Shown here: positions 18,179 to 26,579 of the stretch, piece after piece
Layout: each line of letters opens with the position of its first letter
How positions within the stretch are numbered: position 1 is the stretch's first letter
Assembly (NCBI GenBank): GCA_046726415.1
Contig: JBKPAK010000085.1
Span: forward strand, 1-51,352
Direction: 5' to 3'
Length of the DNA: 51,352 nucleotides
Source of the DNA: Candidatus Methylomirabilota bacterium
GTDB taxonomy: Bacteria > Methylomirabilota > Methylomirabilia > Rokubacteriales > CSP1-6
Notes under the pieces: model-generated
Told to the model about the DNA's origin: nothing
Database searches by the model: none
Seen by the model: the letters and a program-made list of their open reading frames with translations, nothing else
Position numbers and translations under genes: made by a program

Positions 18179-18607
18179 TCACTCCTCGACAGCGCGGGTG
18201 CGCAGGCGCTTAATGGCGCCGTGGCGCTTCTTCTGGGCGAGGCGACGCTCCTCGGCGGCGCGCGAGGGCAGGGTCGGTCGGCGGCGCCGCGGGCGCTTCA
18301 GCGCGGCATGTACGAGGCCGCGCACCTTATCGCGGGCATCCTCCAGATTCCGCGCCTGGGTGCGGGTCGCCTGACTGCTCACCACGAGGCGGCCGCGCGC
18401 ATCAAGGCGGCGCCGGGCGAGGAGTCGCAGGCGGGCCTGCTGGTCGTCGGTCAGCCCCTCGATGCTCTCGAGGTCCACCTCGAGGATCACTTTGGTGGCC
18501 ACGCGGTTGACGTTCTGACCTCCGGGACCGGAGGCGCGCACCGCCCGCATGCTGAGCGCGTGACCGGGGATGCGGACGGCATCGGTGACCACGATCGGCT
18601 CGCTCAC
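18179..18607 (-). CDS. arfB: Alternative ribosome rescue peptidyl-tRNA hydrolase ArfB
   Basis: RASGPGGQNVNRVATKV (GGQ), RTQARN and basic C-terminal tail. Confidence 0.93.
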   Translation of the reverse strand: MSEPIVVTDAVRIPGHALSMRAVRASGPGGQNVNRVATKVILEVDLESIEGLTDDQQARLRLLARRRLDARGRLVVSSQATRTQARNLEDARDKVRGLVHAALKRPRRRRPTLPSRAAEERRLAQKKRHGAIKRLRTRAVEE

Positions 18608-18636
18608 CGCCCCATTGTGCCGCATAATTGACGCGT

Positions 18637-20349
18637 ATGGACGTTCTCGCGCGTCGCGCGCTGACCGCGGTGGCGCGCGGACAGGCGCACGCCGACCTCT
18701 ACCTCCGCGGGGCCACCCTCCTCAACGTCTACACGGGGGAGGTGTACCCGGCGAACGTCGCGGCGCGGGGCGAACGCATCGCCTACGTGGGGCTGCGCGA
18801 GGACGTGATCGGACCGCGCACGCGGATGGTCGACGTGGCGGGGCGCATCCTGGTGCCGGGGTATATCGATCCCCACGTCCATCCCGCGCACCTGGCGACG
18901 CCCTCGGCGTTCGCCCGCCACATCCTGGCGCTGGGGACCACCACCGTGTTTGCCGACACGCTCCAGATCTGGGAGCTGGGCGGGCTCAAGGCCTTCCGAG
19001 TCGTGGCCGATGCGCTGGCTCGCTCGCCGGTGAAGTTCTACTGGATGATCCGCGTCCATGCGCAGTCGCGGACCACCGACGAGGGGCGGCGCTTCGCCCC
19101 AGCCGATCTGCGGCGGGCCCTCGAGCACCCATGGGTTGTGGCTATTGGGGAGGTCACCCGCTGGCCCGACGCCCACCGCGGGGCCCGCTATCTCCTCGAG
19201 CGCCTGGCCCTTGCCCAGGGTCGCGGCCAGCGCGTCGAAGGGCACACCGCGGGCGCCTCCGCCGAGAAGATCCCGGCCATCGCGGCGGCCGGCCTCACCT
19301 CGGACCACGAACCGATCACCGCGCGCGAGGTCCTCGACCGGGCCCGTCACGGGATCGCGGTGATGCTGCGCGAGTCGTCGCTCCGCCCAGACCTGCGCGG
19401 CCTGCTCGACGCCCTCAAGGAGGCCCCCGGGCTGGCCTCGCGGGCGATGCTCACCGCCGACGGCTCGATGCCGGCGTTCATCCGCGATCATGGCTTCGTC
19501 GACCACCTGATTCGCGTGGCCCTGGAGCGGGGCGTGCCGCCTCTCGAGGCGTATCGCATGGCGACCCTCAACGCGGCCACCTACTTTGACCGCGAGGGCG
19601 ATGTGGGCGGCATCGCGCCGGGCCGCTACGCCGACATCTGTGTGCTCGGCGATCTGAGCCAGCCCCGTCCGGAACTGGTGGTGGCCCGGGGACGCGTGGC
19701 GGCCGTCGACGGCCGTCTCACCGCGCCGGTGCCGGAGCTTCCCTGGGCAAGGGTGTTGGCCTCGCCGACCGCGCGCCTCGCCGTGCGCTGGCGGGCCCGC
19801 GAAGCCGACTTCGCGCTCCCGCGCCGCGCGCGCTATCCGGTGATGCGGCTGGTCAGCGCGGTGATCTCGAAGCTCGAAGAGCGCGCGCTGGCCGCAGGCG
19901 ACCTGCACGCGGCCCTGCTCGACCGAGCCGGCCGCTGGTGCGCCCCGGGCGTGGTGGCGGGATTCGCCGATCGCCTCGACGGTCTGGCCTCCACGATCAC
20001 CACGGACTTCAACATCCTCGCGCTGGGACGCCGTCGAGACTCCATGGCCCGGGCGGTGAACCGCCTGCTCGATCTGCGGGGCGGCATCGTGGTGGTCGAT
20101 GGCGGCGAGGTGGCGTACGAGGTTCCCCTCCCGCTGGGCGGCCTCATGGCTCGCGGCTCGCTCGTGGAGGCGGCGGCCAGGGAGGACGGGTTGCGGTCGG
20201 CGCTGGAGGCGCGCGGCTACCCGTTTCACGATCCCGTCTTCACCCTCTTCTTCATGGCCGCTGACTTCCTGCCGTCGGTGCGGCTCACCCCGCGCGGCGT
20301 GTGGGACGTCAGGCGGGGGCGCGTGCTCCTGCCGGCGCGGCGCCGCTGA
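18637..20349 (+). CDS. Adenine deaminase family amidohydrolase (YerA-like subgroup)
   Basis: PGYIDPHVH, GTTT, GEVTRW, EGHTAG, SDHE, GGIAPGRYAD and PLPLGGLM C-terminal domain. Confidence 0.88.
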   Translation: MDVLARRALTAVARGQAHADLYLRGATLLNVYTGEVYPANVAARGERIAYVGLREDVIGPRTRMVDVAGRILVPGYIDPHVHPAHLATPSAFARHILALGTTTVFADTLQIWELGGLKAFRVVADALARSPVKFYWMIRVHAQSRTTDEGRRFAPADLRRALEHPWVVAIGEVTRWPDAHRGARYLLERLALAQGRGQRVEGHTAGASAEKIPAIAAAGLTSDHEPITAREVLDRARHGIAVMLRESSLRPDLRGLLDALKEAPGLASRAMLTADGSMPAFIRDHGFVDHLIRVALERGVPPLEAYRMATLNAATYFDREGDVGGIAPGRYADICVLGDLSQPRPELVVARGRVAAVDGRLTAPVPELPWARVLASPTARLAVRWRAREADFALPRRARYPVMRLVSAVISKLEERALAAGDLHAALLDRAGRWCAPGVVAGFADRLDGLASTITTDFNILALGRRRDSMARAVNRLLDLRGGIVVVDGGEVAYEVPLPLGGLMARGSLVEAAAREDGLRSALEARGYPFHDPVFTLFFMAADFLPSVRLTPRGVWDVRRGRVLLPARRR

Positions 20350-20361
20350 CGCGGGCGCTCG

Positions 20362-21633
20362 ATGTCGCGCCGGGTGGCCCCTCGGCGCCAGCGCCGGCTC
20401 GCGCTGGCCGTGCTCATCGGCGCCGCCGCCACCGCGGTCCTCGCCTTCCCCGTCCGCACCACGTGGTGGGGAGGCTGGATCCTGGCCATCGCCGAAGCGG
20501 GGTTGGTGGGCGGACTGGCGGACTGGTTTGCCGTCACCGCGATCTTCCGTCGCCCAATGGGACTGCCCATCCCCCACACGGCCCTCATTCCGGCCAACTG
20601 GGAGCTGATGGCCGCGCGGGTGGGCAGCATGGTGGGCGATCGCGTTCTCACCAAGCAATTCGTCACCGACGAGGTCGCGCGCCTCGACCTCGGTGAGGGA
20701 GTGGCCCGGGCCGCGGCGCGGCTCACCCGCGACGATCTGGAGGCGGCCACGCGGGTGGTGGCGCGGTGGCTGGTCGCCCAGGTGCCAGGGCACGCCATGC
20801 AGGATCTCCTCGAGCGCGTCCGCCAACTCCTTGCGGGGCGAGCCTGGGCGCCGACCGTGGCGACCGCCCTCGAGCTGGCCCGCGAGCGCCAGTGGGACGA
20901 TCGGATGATCGGCGGTACCTTTCGCGCGCTGGCCGAGGCGCTGGAGCGACCCGCGCTCAGCGCGGCCCTCGCCGATCTCGTGGACGATCTGCTCCGGCGC
21001 TATCGCGCGAACCTGAACGCCTACCCGCGATTCTGGCTGAGCATCGCCGATCTGCTCGGCGTCATCGATCGCCGACGCATCCTGACCTCACTGCGGGCCG
21101 GGATGCGCGAGGTGGCCGACGACCCCTACCATCCGCTTCGGCAGACCCTGTTGACGACCGTGGCGGAGTTCGCGGAGCGGCTTCGCACCGATCCCGAGCT
21201 GGCCGCGCGCGTGGAGGCCATCGCGGGTGAGGTCCTGGAGGGAGAGACCTTGCGCGGCGTGCTGCACGACCTGGCCGACGTGCTCCAGCGCACCGTGCTG
21301 GCCGACGTCGAGGACCAGCGCTCGCATCTGGTGGAGTGGGTGGCCGACCGGCTCGAGCGGGCGCGCCGCAGCCTGATCGACGACGCGAGCTTGCGCGGTG
21401 AGCTCGAGGCATGGGTGAAGCAGCGCGTGGTCGAGGGCATCGAGCGGCACCACGGGCGCATCGCCGGCTTCATCGAGAAAGGCGTGCTGGCCCTGGGCCC
21501 GGACGGCGCCGTGCGCCTCATCGAAGAGCACGCCGGCGACGATCTGCAGTATATCCGCGTCAACGGCACCGTGGTCGGCGGGCTGGCCGGCGGCGCGATC
21601 TACGGCATCCACATGTTCCTGCGCCTGCTCTGA
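20362..21633 (+). CDS. DUF445 (YjiN-like) membrane-anchored protein
   Basis: EAGLVGGLADWFAVTAIFRRP, IPHTALIP and DLQYIRVNGTVVGG. Confidence 0.9.
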   Translation: MSRRVAPRRQRRLALAVLIGAAATAVLAFPVRTTWWGGWILAIAEAGLVGGLADWFAVTAIFRRPMGLPIPHTALIPANWELMAARVGSMVGDRVLTKQFVTDEVARLDLGEGVARAAARLTRDDLEAATRVVARWLVAQVPGHAMQDLLERVRQLLAGRAWAPTVATALELARERQWDDRMIGGTFRALAEALERPALSAALADLVDDLLRRYRANLNAYPRFWLSIADLLGVIDRRRILTSLRAGMREVADDPYHPLRQTLLTTVAEFAERLRTDPELAARVEAIAGEVLEGETLRGVLHDLADVLQRTVLADVEDQRSHLVEWVADRLERARRSLIDDASLRGELEAWVKQRVVEGIERHHGRIAGFIEKGVLALGPDGAVRLIEEHAGDDLQYIRVNGTVVGGLAGGAIYGIHMFLRLL

Positions 21634-21651
21634 CGCCGTCTGGTCGGCGCA

Positions 21652-21680
21652 TTGTGAGGCCACATCTTTTCACGTACACT
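21652..21680 (+). promoter_or_regulatory. Putative sigma70 promoter of the ABC operon
   Basis: TTGTGA-N17-TACACT, then GGAGGA and ATG 21715. Confidence 0.5.
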
Positions 21681-21714
21681 CCAGCCATTCACGCACCTCA
21701 CCGGGGAGGATTCC

Positions 21715-23328
21715 ATGTTGCCCAGAAGCGCCGCGACGGCCGCAATGGCCGTCAGTCTCGTCCTGGTCACCGCATTCGCCACCACGCCGGCCACTAGCCA
21801 GACGCCGAAGGCGGGCGGGGTCATGAACGTGATGCAGCGCGAGGACCTGCCCCAGGGCTTCTCCATTCACGAATCGGCCACCATCTCGACGGTGTGGCCG
21901 AGCATGCCGTGCTTCAACAACCTGGTCCTGTTCGATCCCCTCAAGAAGATCGAGAGCGTGGAGACCATCATCGGCGAGCTGGCCGAGCGCTGGTCCTGGC
22001 AGGACAACTATCGCAACCTGGTCTTCTTCCTCCGCCGAAACGTGAAGTGGCATGACGGGCAGCCCTTCACCTCCAAGGACGTCAAGTACACGTTCGACAT
22101 GGTGCGGGAAGCCGCCGACGCCCCGGCCAAGCTGCGGATCAACCCCCGCAAGGACTGGTACGCGAACGTGGAAGCGGTGGAAGCGGCCGATCCGTACACC
22201 GTGGTGTTTCGCCTGAAGCGGCCGCAGCCGTCGATGCTGATGCTGCTGGCCTCGGGCTATTCGCCGGTGTACCCCGCCCACGTGCCGATCGCCGAGTTCC
22301 GCACCAAGTGCATCGGCACCGGTCCCTTCAAGCTCAAGGAGTGGAAGAAGGGTGAGTACGTCGAGCTGGTGAAGAACCCCGAATACTTCGTCAAGGGGCG
22401 CCCGTATCTCGACGGCCTCAAGTACGTGATCATCACCGAGCGGGGTACCAAGTTCGCCGCCCTGCAGGCGGGGCGCCTGGACGCGGCCTTCCCCAACGAC
22501 GGCACCAAGACCATCGTGGAGCAGGTGCTCAAGGCCGAGCCGCGCATCGCCATGCAGGTCAATGGGACGAACGTCAACGACAACTTGCTCCTCAACAACA
22601 CCAAGCCGCCCTTCAACAACGTCAAGCTCCGCCTGGCCGTGAGCGCCGCCGTCGACCGCAAGGCCTACGCCCAGGCCGTGCACCAGGGCGGCGCCGAGGT
22701 GGGCGCGTCGATGCAGCCCAAGCCGTACGGCGTGTGGGGCCTCCTGGCCAAGGACGTGACCGCGCTGCCTGGCTATGGCCAGCCGGCCGAGGACAAGGCG
22801 AAGGCGCGGGCTCTGCTGGCCGAGGCGGGATACACCGCGGCCAAGCCCCTCAGGATCGAGATGGCCACCCGGGCGATTCCGCAATATCTCGACTTCGCGT
22901 CCTTCGTGATCAGCGAGCTCAAGGCGGTGGGGATCGACGTGTCGCTCAAGCAGGTGGAGACGGCCCAGTGGCACCCGCTGGCCACCCGCAAGGAGTACCA
23001 GGCCGGACCCAATCTCACCGGCATTGGTGTCGACGATCCCGACGCCAACTTCTTCGAAAACTACGCCTGCAGCTCTCCGCGCAACTACACCGGCTACTGC
23101 AACGAGGGGCTCGAGAAGCTGATGGTGCAGCAGTCGCAGGAGCTCGACGCCAAGAAGCGGATGCAGCTGGTGGCCCAGATCCAGAAGACGCTCGAGCAGG
23201 AGGGGGCGCGCCCGGTGATCGGGTGGCGGCTCGAGTACTACGCGCACTGGAAGCACGTGAAGAACCTGATCGCGCACCAGTCGATCTACAACTGGGGCCG
23301 CATGCAGGAAGTCTGGATGGACAAGTAG
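21715..23328 (+). CDS. ABC transporter substrate-binding protein, family 5 (peptide/nickel)
   Basis: Signal peptide; ELAERW, VKWHDGQPFTSKDVKYTF and IGTGPFKL. Confidence 0.93.
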   Translation: MLPRSAATAAMAVSLVLVTAFATTPATSQTPKAGGVMNVMQREDLPQGFSIHESATISTVWPSMPCFNNLVLFDPLKKIESVETIIGELAERWSWQDNYRNLVFFLRRNVKWHDGQPFTSKDVKYTFDMVREAADAPAKLRINPRKDWYANVEAVEAADPYTVVFRLKRPQPSMLMLLASGYSPVYPAHVPIAEFRTKCIGTGPFKLKEWKKGEYVELVKNPEYFVKGRPYLDGLKYVIITERGTKFAALQAGRLDAAFPNDGTKTIVEQVLKAEPRIAMQVNGTNVNDNLLLNNTKPPFNNVKLRLAVSAAVDRKAYAQAVHQGGAEVGASMQPKPYGVWGLLAKDVTALPGYGQPAEDKAKARALLAEAGYTAAKPLRIEMATRAIPQYLDFASFVISELKAVGIDVSLKQVETAQWHPLATRKEYQAGPNLTGIGVDDPDANFFENYACSSPRNYTGYCNEGLEKLMVQQSQELDAKKRMQLVAQIQKTLEQEGARPVIGWRLEYYAHWKHVKNLIAHQSIYNWGRMQEVWMDK

Positions 23329-23392
23329 CGCCGAGTCTCCGGCTCGGGCGGGGGGAGACTCTTCCGGGCCGCCTTCGGCGGAGGAGCACACC

Positions 23393-24346
23393 ACGCGTAC
23401 CTACGTCACCAAGCGACTCGGCATCGCCCTGCTCACCCTGCTGGGCATGTCGGTCGTCATCTTCGTCCTCATGCGGCTGGCCCCCGGCGACATCGTCGAC
23501 ATCCTCTTCGCCACCGGTGGCTACGTGAACGACGCCGACAAAAAGCTGATCATGCAGGAGCTGGGCATCGACCGGCCCATCTGGGAGCAGTACCTCGACT
23601 GGCTCCGGCACATGCTCACCGGCGACCTCGGCAAGTCGTACCGGTACGACCTGCCGGCGTGGGAGGTGATCAAGCCCCTGATCCCGGTGACCGTCGAGCT
23701 GGCCGTGCTGTCGACCATCATCTCGGTGCTGATCGGCGTGCCCACCGGCGTCATCAGCGCCGTCCGCCAGGACACCGCCCTCGACTACGCGCTCCGGATC
23801 TTCTCGCTGGCCGGTCTCTCGATGCCCTCGTTCTGGCTGGGCATGGTCATCATCCTGGCGCTGGTGGCGTGGTTCGGCTGGATTCCTCCGGTCACCTACG
23901 TGTCGCCGACCCAGGACCTGAAGATCCATACCGTGCAGTTCCTACTCCCGGCGCTGGCCGTGGGATACCGCTCCTCGGCGCTCATCACGCGCATCACCCG
24001 GTCGGCGGTGCTCGAGGTGATGCGCGAGGATTACATCCGCACCGCCTGGGCCAAGGGCCAGAGCGGCCGCGTGGTGATCTGGCGCCATGCCCTCCAGAAC
24101 GCCATGCTGCCGGTCATCACGGTGATCGGGATCGAGTTCGCCTTCCTCATCGGCGGGCTCGTCGTCACCGAGACCGTGTTCAACCTGCCGGGCGTGGCCC
24201 GGTTCCTCGTCCAGGCCATCCTGTGGCGGGACTATCCCGTGGTGCAGAATCTCGTGATGTTCATCGCCATCGTGGTCATCCTGTCGAATCTCGTGGTCGA
24301 CATGCTCTACGGCTGGTTCGATCCGCGGGTGCGCTATGGCGATTGA
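23393..24346 (+). CDS. Peptide/nickel ABC transporter permease (DppB-like)
   Basis: RLAPGD, GDLGKS, EDYIRTAWAKG (EAA loop), RDYPVVQ and DPRVR. The family-typical N-terminus (x)RTYVTKRL begins at ACG 23393 after GGAGGAG; first ATG is at 23447. Confidence 0.9.
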   Translation, partial: TRTYVTKRLGIALLTLLGMSVVIFVLMRLAPGDIVDILFATGGYVNDADKKLIMQELGIDRPIWEQYLDWLRHMLTGDLGKSYRYDLPAWEVIKPLIPVTVELAVLSTIISVLIGVPTGVISAVRQDTALDYALRIFSLAGLSMPSFWLGMVIILALVAWFGWIPPVTYVSPTQDLKIHTVQFLLPALAVGYRSSALITRITRSAVLEVMREDYIRTAWAKGQSGRVVIWRHALQNAMLPVITVIGIEFAFLIGGLVVTETVFNLPGVARFLVQAILWRDYPVVQNLVMFIAIVVILSNLVVDMLYGWFDPRVRYGD

Positions 24347-25253
24347 GCCCGCGGTGGCTCCCGTCGACGTGGCCGCCGCCCGAGCCATCCGCCGGGCCGT
24401 GCAGCGGGACGGGATCGCGACCCTCCTCGTCCGCTTCTGTCGGAAGAAGCCCCTGGGCGCGGTGGGGGCCGGCCTCATGCTGCTGATGGTGCTGGTGGCC
24501 ATCTTCGCCGACCAGCTCGCCACCCACGACCCCATCACCACCTCGGCCGCGGCCACCCTGGCCCCGCCCGGGGCCGAGCACTGGCTGGGGACGGATCACC
24601 TCGGGCGCGACACCTATAGCAGGATCATCTTGGGGACCCGGGTGTCGCTGGTGGTGGGGGTGGCCTCCACCATCCTCGGCTCCTTCCTGGGAGGGGTGAT
24701 CGGCTTGCTCTCCGGCTACTTCGGCGGAAAGCTCGACCTGATCACCCAGCGCCTGCTGGACATTCTCCAGGGACTGCCGTTGCTGGTCCTCGCCCTGGTC
24801 ATGGCGGCGTCGCTGGGCCCCTCGATTCCCAACGTGGTGGTGGCCATCTCCATTCCCATCATGCCCCGGGCGGCGCGGGTGATCCGCTCCAGCGTGCTGT
24901 CCATTCGCGAGATGCAGTACGTCGAGGCGGCGCGCGCCCTGGGGCTGCAGCACTTGCGCATCGCCTTCCGCCATGTCATGCCCAATACCATCGGGCCCTT
25001 CATCGTGCTCATGACGGCCCAACTCGGCAGCGCCATTCTCACCGAGGCCGCGCTCTCCTTTCTCGGGCTGGGCGTGCCGGAGCCGTGGCCTTCCTGGGGA
25101 AGAATGCTCTCGGTCTCGGCGGCCGAGTACGCGCAAAAGGCCCCCTATCTCGTGCTCTTCCCGGGCATCGCCATCAGCCTCGCGGTATTCGGCTCGAATC
25201 TCCTGGGCGATGCCCTGCGCGACACCCTGGATCCCCGCCTGCGCGGCGCATGA
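24336..25253 (+). CDS. Peptide/nickel ABC transporter permease (DppC-like)
   Basis: HWLGTDHLGRD, YVEAARALG, EAALSFLGLG, PSWGRML and GDALRDTLDPR. Confidence 0.93.
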   Translation: MAIEPAVAPVDVAAARAIRRAVQRDGIATLLVRFCRKKPLGAVGAGLMLLMVLVAIFADQLATHDPITTSAAATLAPPGAEHWLGTDHLGRDTYSRIILGTRVSLVVGVASTILGSFLGGVIGLLSGYFGGKLDLITQRLLDILQGLPLLVLALVMAASLGPSIPNVVVAISIPIMPRAARVIRSSVLSIREMQYVEAARALGLQHLRIAFRHVMPNTIGPFIVLMTAQLGSAILTEAALSFLGLGVPEPWPSWGRMLSVSAAEYAQKAPYLVLFPGIAISLAVFGSNLLGDALRDTLDPRLRGA

Positions 25254-25362
25254 TCAGGAGGTGCCCGTAGGCCTGCGCATTCCAGCGATCGCTCCGGGCG
25301 GCTGGGTGATGTGACGAAGATCAGACATTGACCTCGCGGGGCCGGCTTTCGATACTTCGCGC

Positions 25363-25899
25363 ATGCCGCTGGCCGAGCTCCTGATCGCCGCGTCTCTTTT
25401 CGGCCTCATCGTGGCGGCTACCACCCCGGCGCTCCAGCAGGTCCTGGCGGCGTTCGGCGAGGGCCGAGCGCGGATCGAGACGCAGCAAGGCGCGCGCGCG
25501 GCCATCGACCGCCTCACCCAGGACATTCGCGGGGCCGGGTACGGCGGCCCCCCGGCGGACTTCTCGGCGGTCGCGGTGGCGGAGCCCTCGCGCGTCGTGC
25601 TGCAGTCCGACCTGAACGGCGACGGCCTGATTTCGGACAGCGGGGAAACCATCGCCTGGCGGTTGGCCGATGACGGCGTGCTGCGCCGCGACGCCGGCGC
25701 GGGCGGCCAGCCGATCGTCAACGGCGTCGCCACATTCACCCTGACCTATCTCGATGCCGATGGCGCGATCACGACAATACCGTCGGCGGTCGGTGCGGTG
25801 CGCATCCAGCTCGCCACCCACCCGTCGCGCCCACCGGCGGCGGCGACCGCCGGCATCATCAGCGCGCTCGCCACCACCGTGTACCTCCGCAACCGCTGA
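25363..25899 (+). CDS. Type IV minor pilin / pseudopilin-like protein (PilW/GspJ-like)
   Basis: MPLAELLIA plus hydrophobic helix (Glu at +5), DIRGAG, DLNGDG, FTLTYLD and VYLRN. Confidence 0.7.
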   Translation: MPLAELLIAASLFGLIVAATTPALQQVLAAFGEGRARIETQQGARAAIDRLTQDIRGAGYGGPPADFSAVAVAEPSRVVLQSDLNGDGLISDSGETIAWRLADDGVLRRDAGAGGQPIVNGVATFTLTYLDADGAITTIPSAVGAVRIQLATHPSRPPAAATAGIISALATTVYLRNR

Positions 25900-25993
25900 G
25901 CCACCCCGCACGCGGCGCCGCGGGGAGTCCGCGGTGCGGGCGTCGGCGCGTCCCGGCGCCCCGCGGGAGCCGCTCCGCTCGCTCGACGACCCC

Positions 25994-26389
25994 CTAGGCC
26001 AACACGGCGCGGACGTGGAGAGGGGACACCTGGGAGATCGCGTCGAAATCGCGATCGTGGTGGGCCACCGTCAATCCGTGTCTCAAGGCGCACGCGGCGA
26101 TCAGGCAGTCGACGCCGGACCGCACGGCGTAGCCGGCTCGGCGCGCTGCTCGGTAGAGGCGAATCGCCTCGTCGACGACCTCCCATCGAAGAGGCGATTC
26201 GACGATCGGGAAAGCCAGCATGGAGTCGTGGGCCACTCGGAATGCCGCCTCGTCGCGGAAGCCCTGGAGCACTTCCTGGACGACCGGGAGGCACGTCACG
26301 ACCTCGTCGATTTCGGCGACCGACGTGAGAGTCAGTCGGCTCGGCCGCCGGAACACTTCGATCCAGACGGAGGTGTCAACGAGGACCAC
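25994..26389 (-). CDS. vapC: PIN domain toxin (VapC family)
   Basis: VLVDTSVWI, VQEVLQG, VDCLIAACA and HHDRDF, giving all four acidic PIN positions. Confidence 0.9.
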   Translation of the reverse strand: MVLVDTSVWIEVFRRPSRLTLTSVAEIDEVVTCLPVVQEVLQGFRDEAAFRVAHDSMLAFPIVESPLRWEVVDEAIRLYRAARRAGYAVRSGVDCLIAACALRHGLTVAHHDRDFDAISQVSPLHVRAVLA

Positions 26390-26535
26390 GCGGACGTCGC
26401 CGGGTGGGCTTGACCGGGCGGTCGGCGCGCATCGCGGTGAGATTTCCCTCCCAGCGCCCGGACCCGGCGAGCTCGAGGATGCGATTGGCCCGCACCCGCC
26501 GGACGAAGTCCGCGAGCGCGCGCCCCACCGCCGCC
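26376..26535 (-). pseudogene. N-terminally truncated VapB-family antitoxin
   Basis: Frame reads AAVGRALADFVRRVRANRILELAGSGRWEGNLTAMRADR and overlaps the vapC start. An in-frame TGA lies just upstream, so the N-terminal DNA-binding part is missing. Confidence 0.7.
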
Positions 26536-26579
26536 GGCCCTCGCGCGCGAGGGCAGAATCACACGGTACAATCGATGGC

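Noticed and set aside
17027-18182. Prophage or IS element around the TA modules
   Set aside because: No integrase, transposase, att-like repeats or phage genes are visible.
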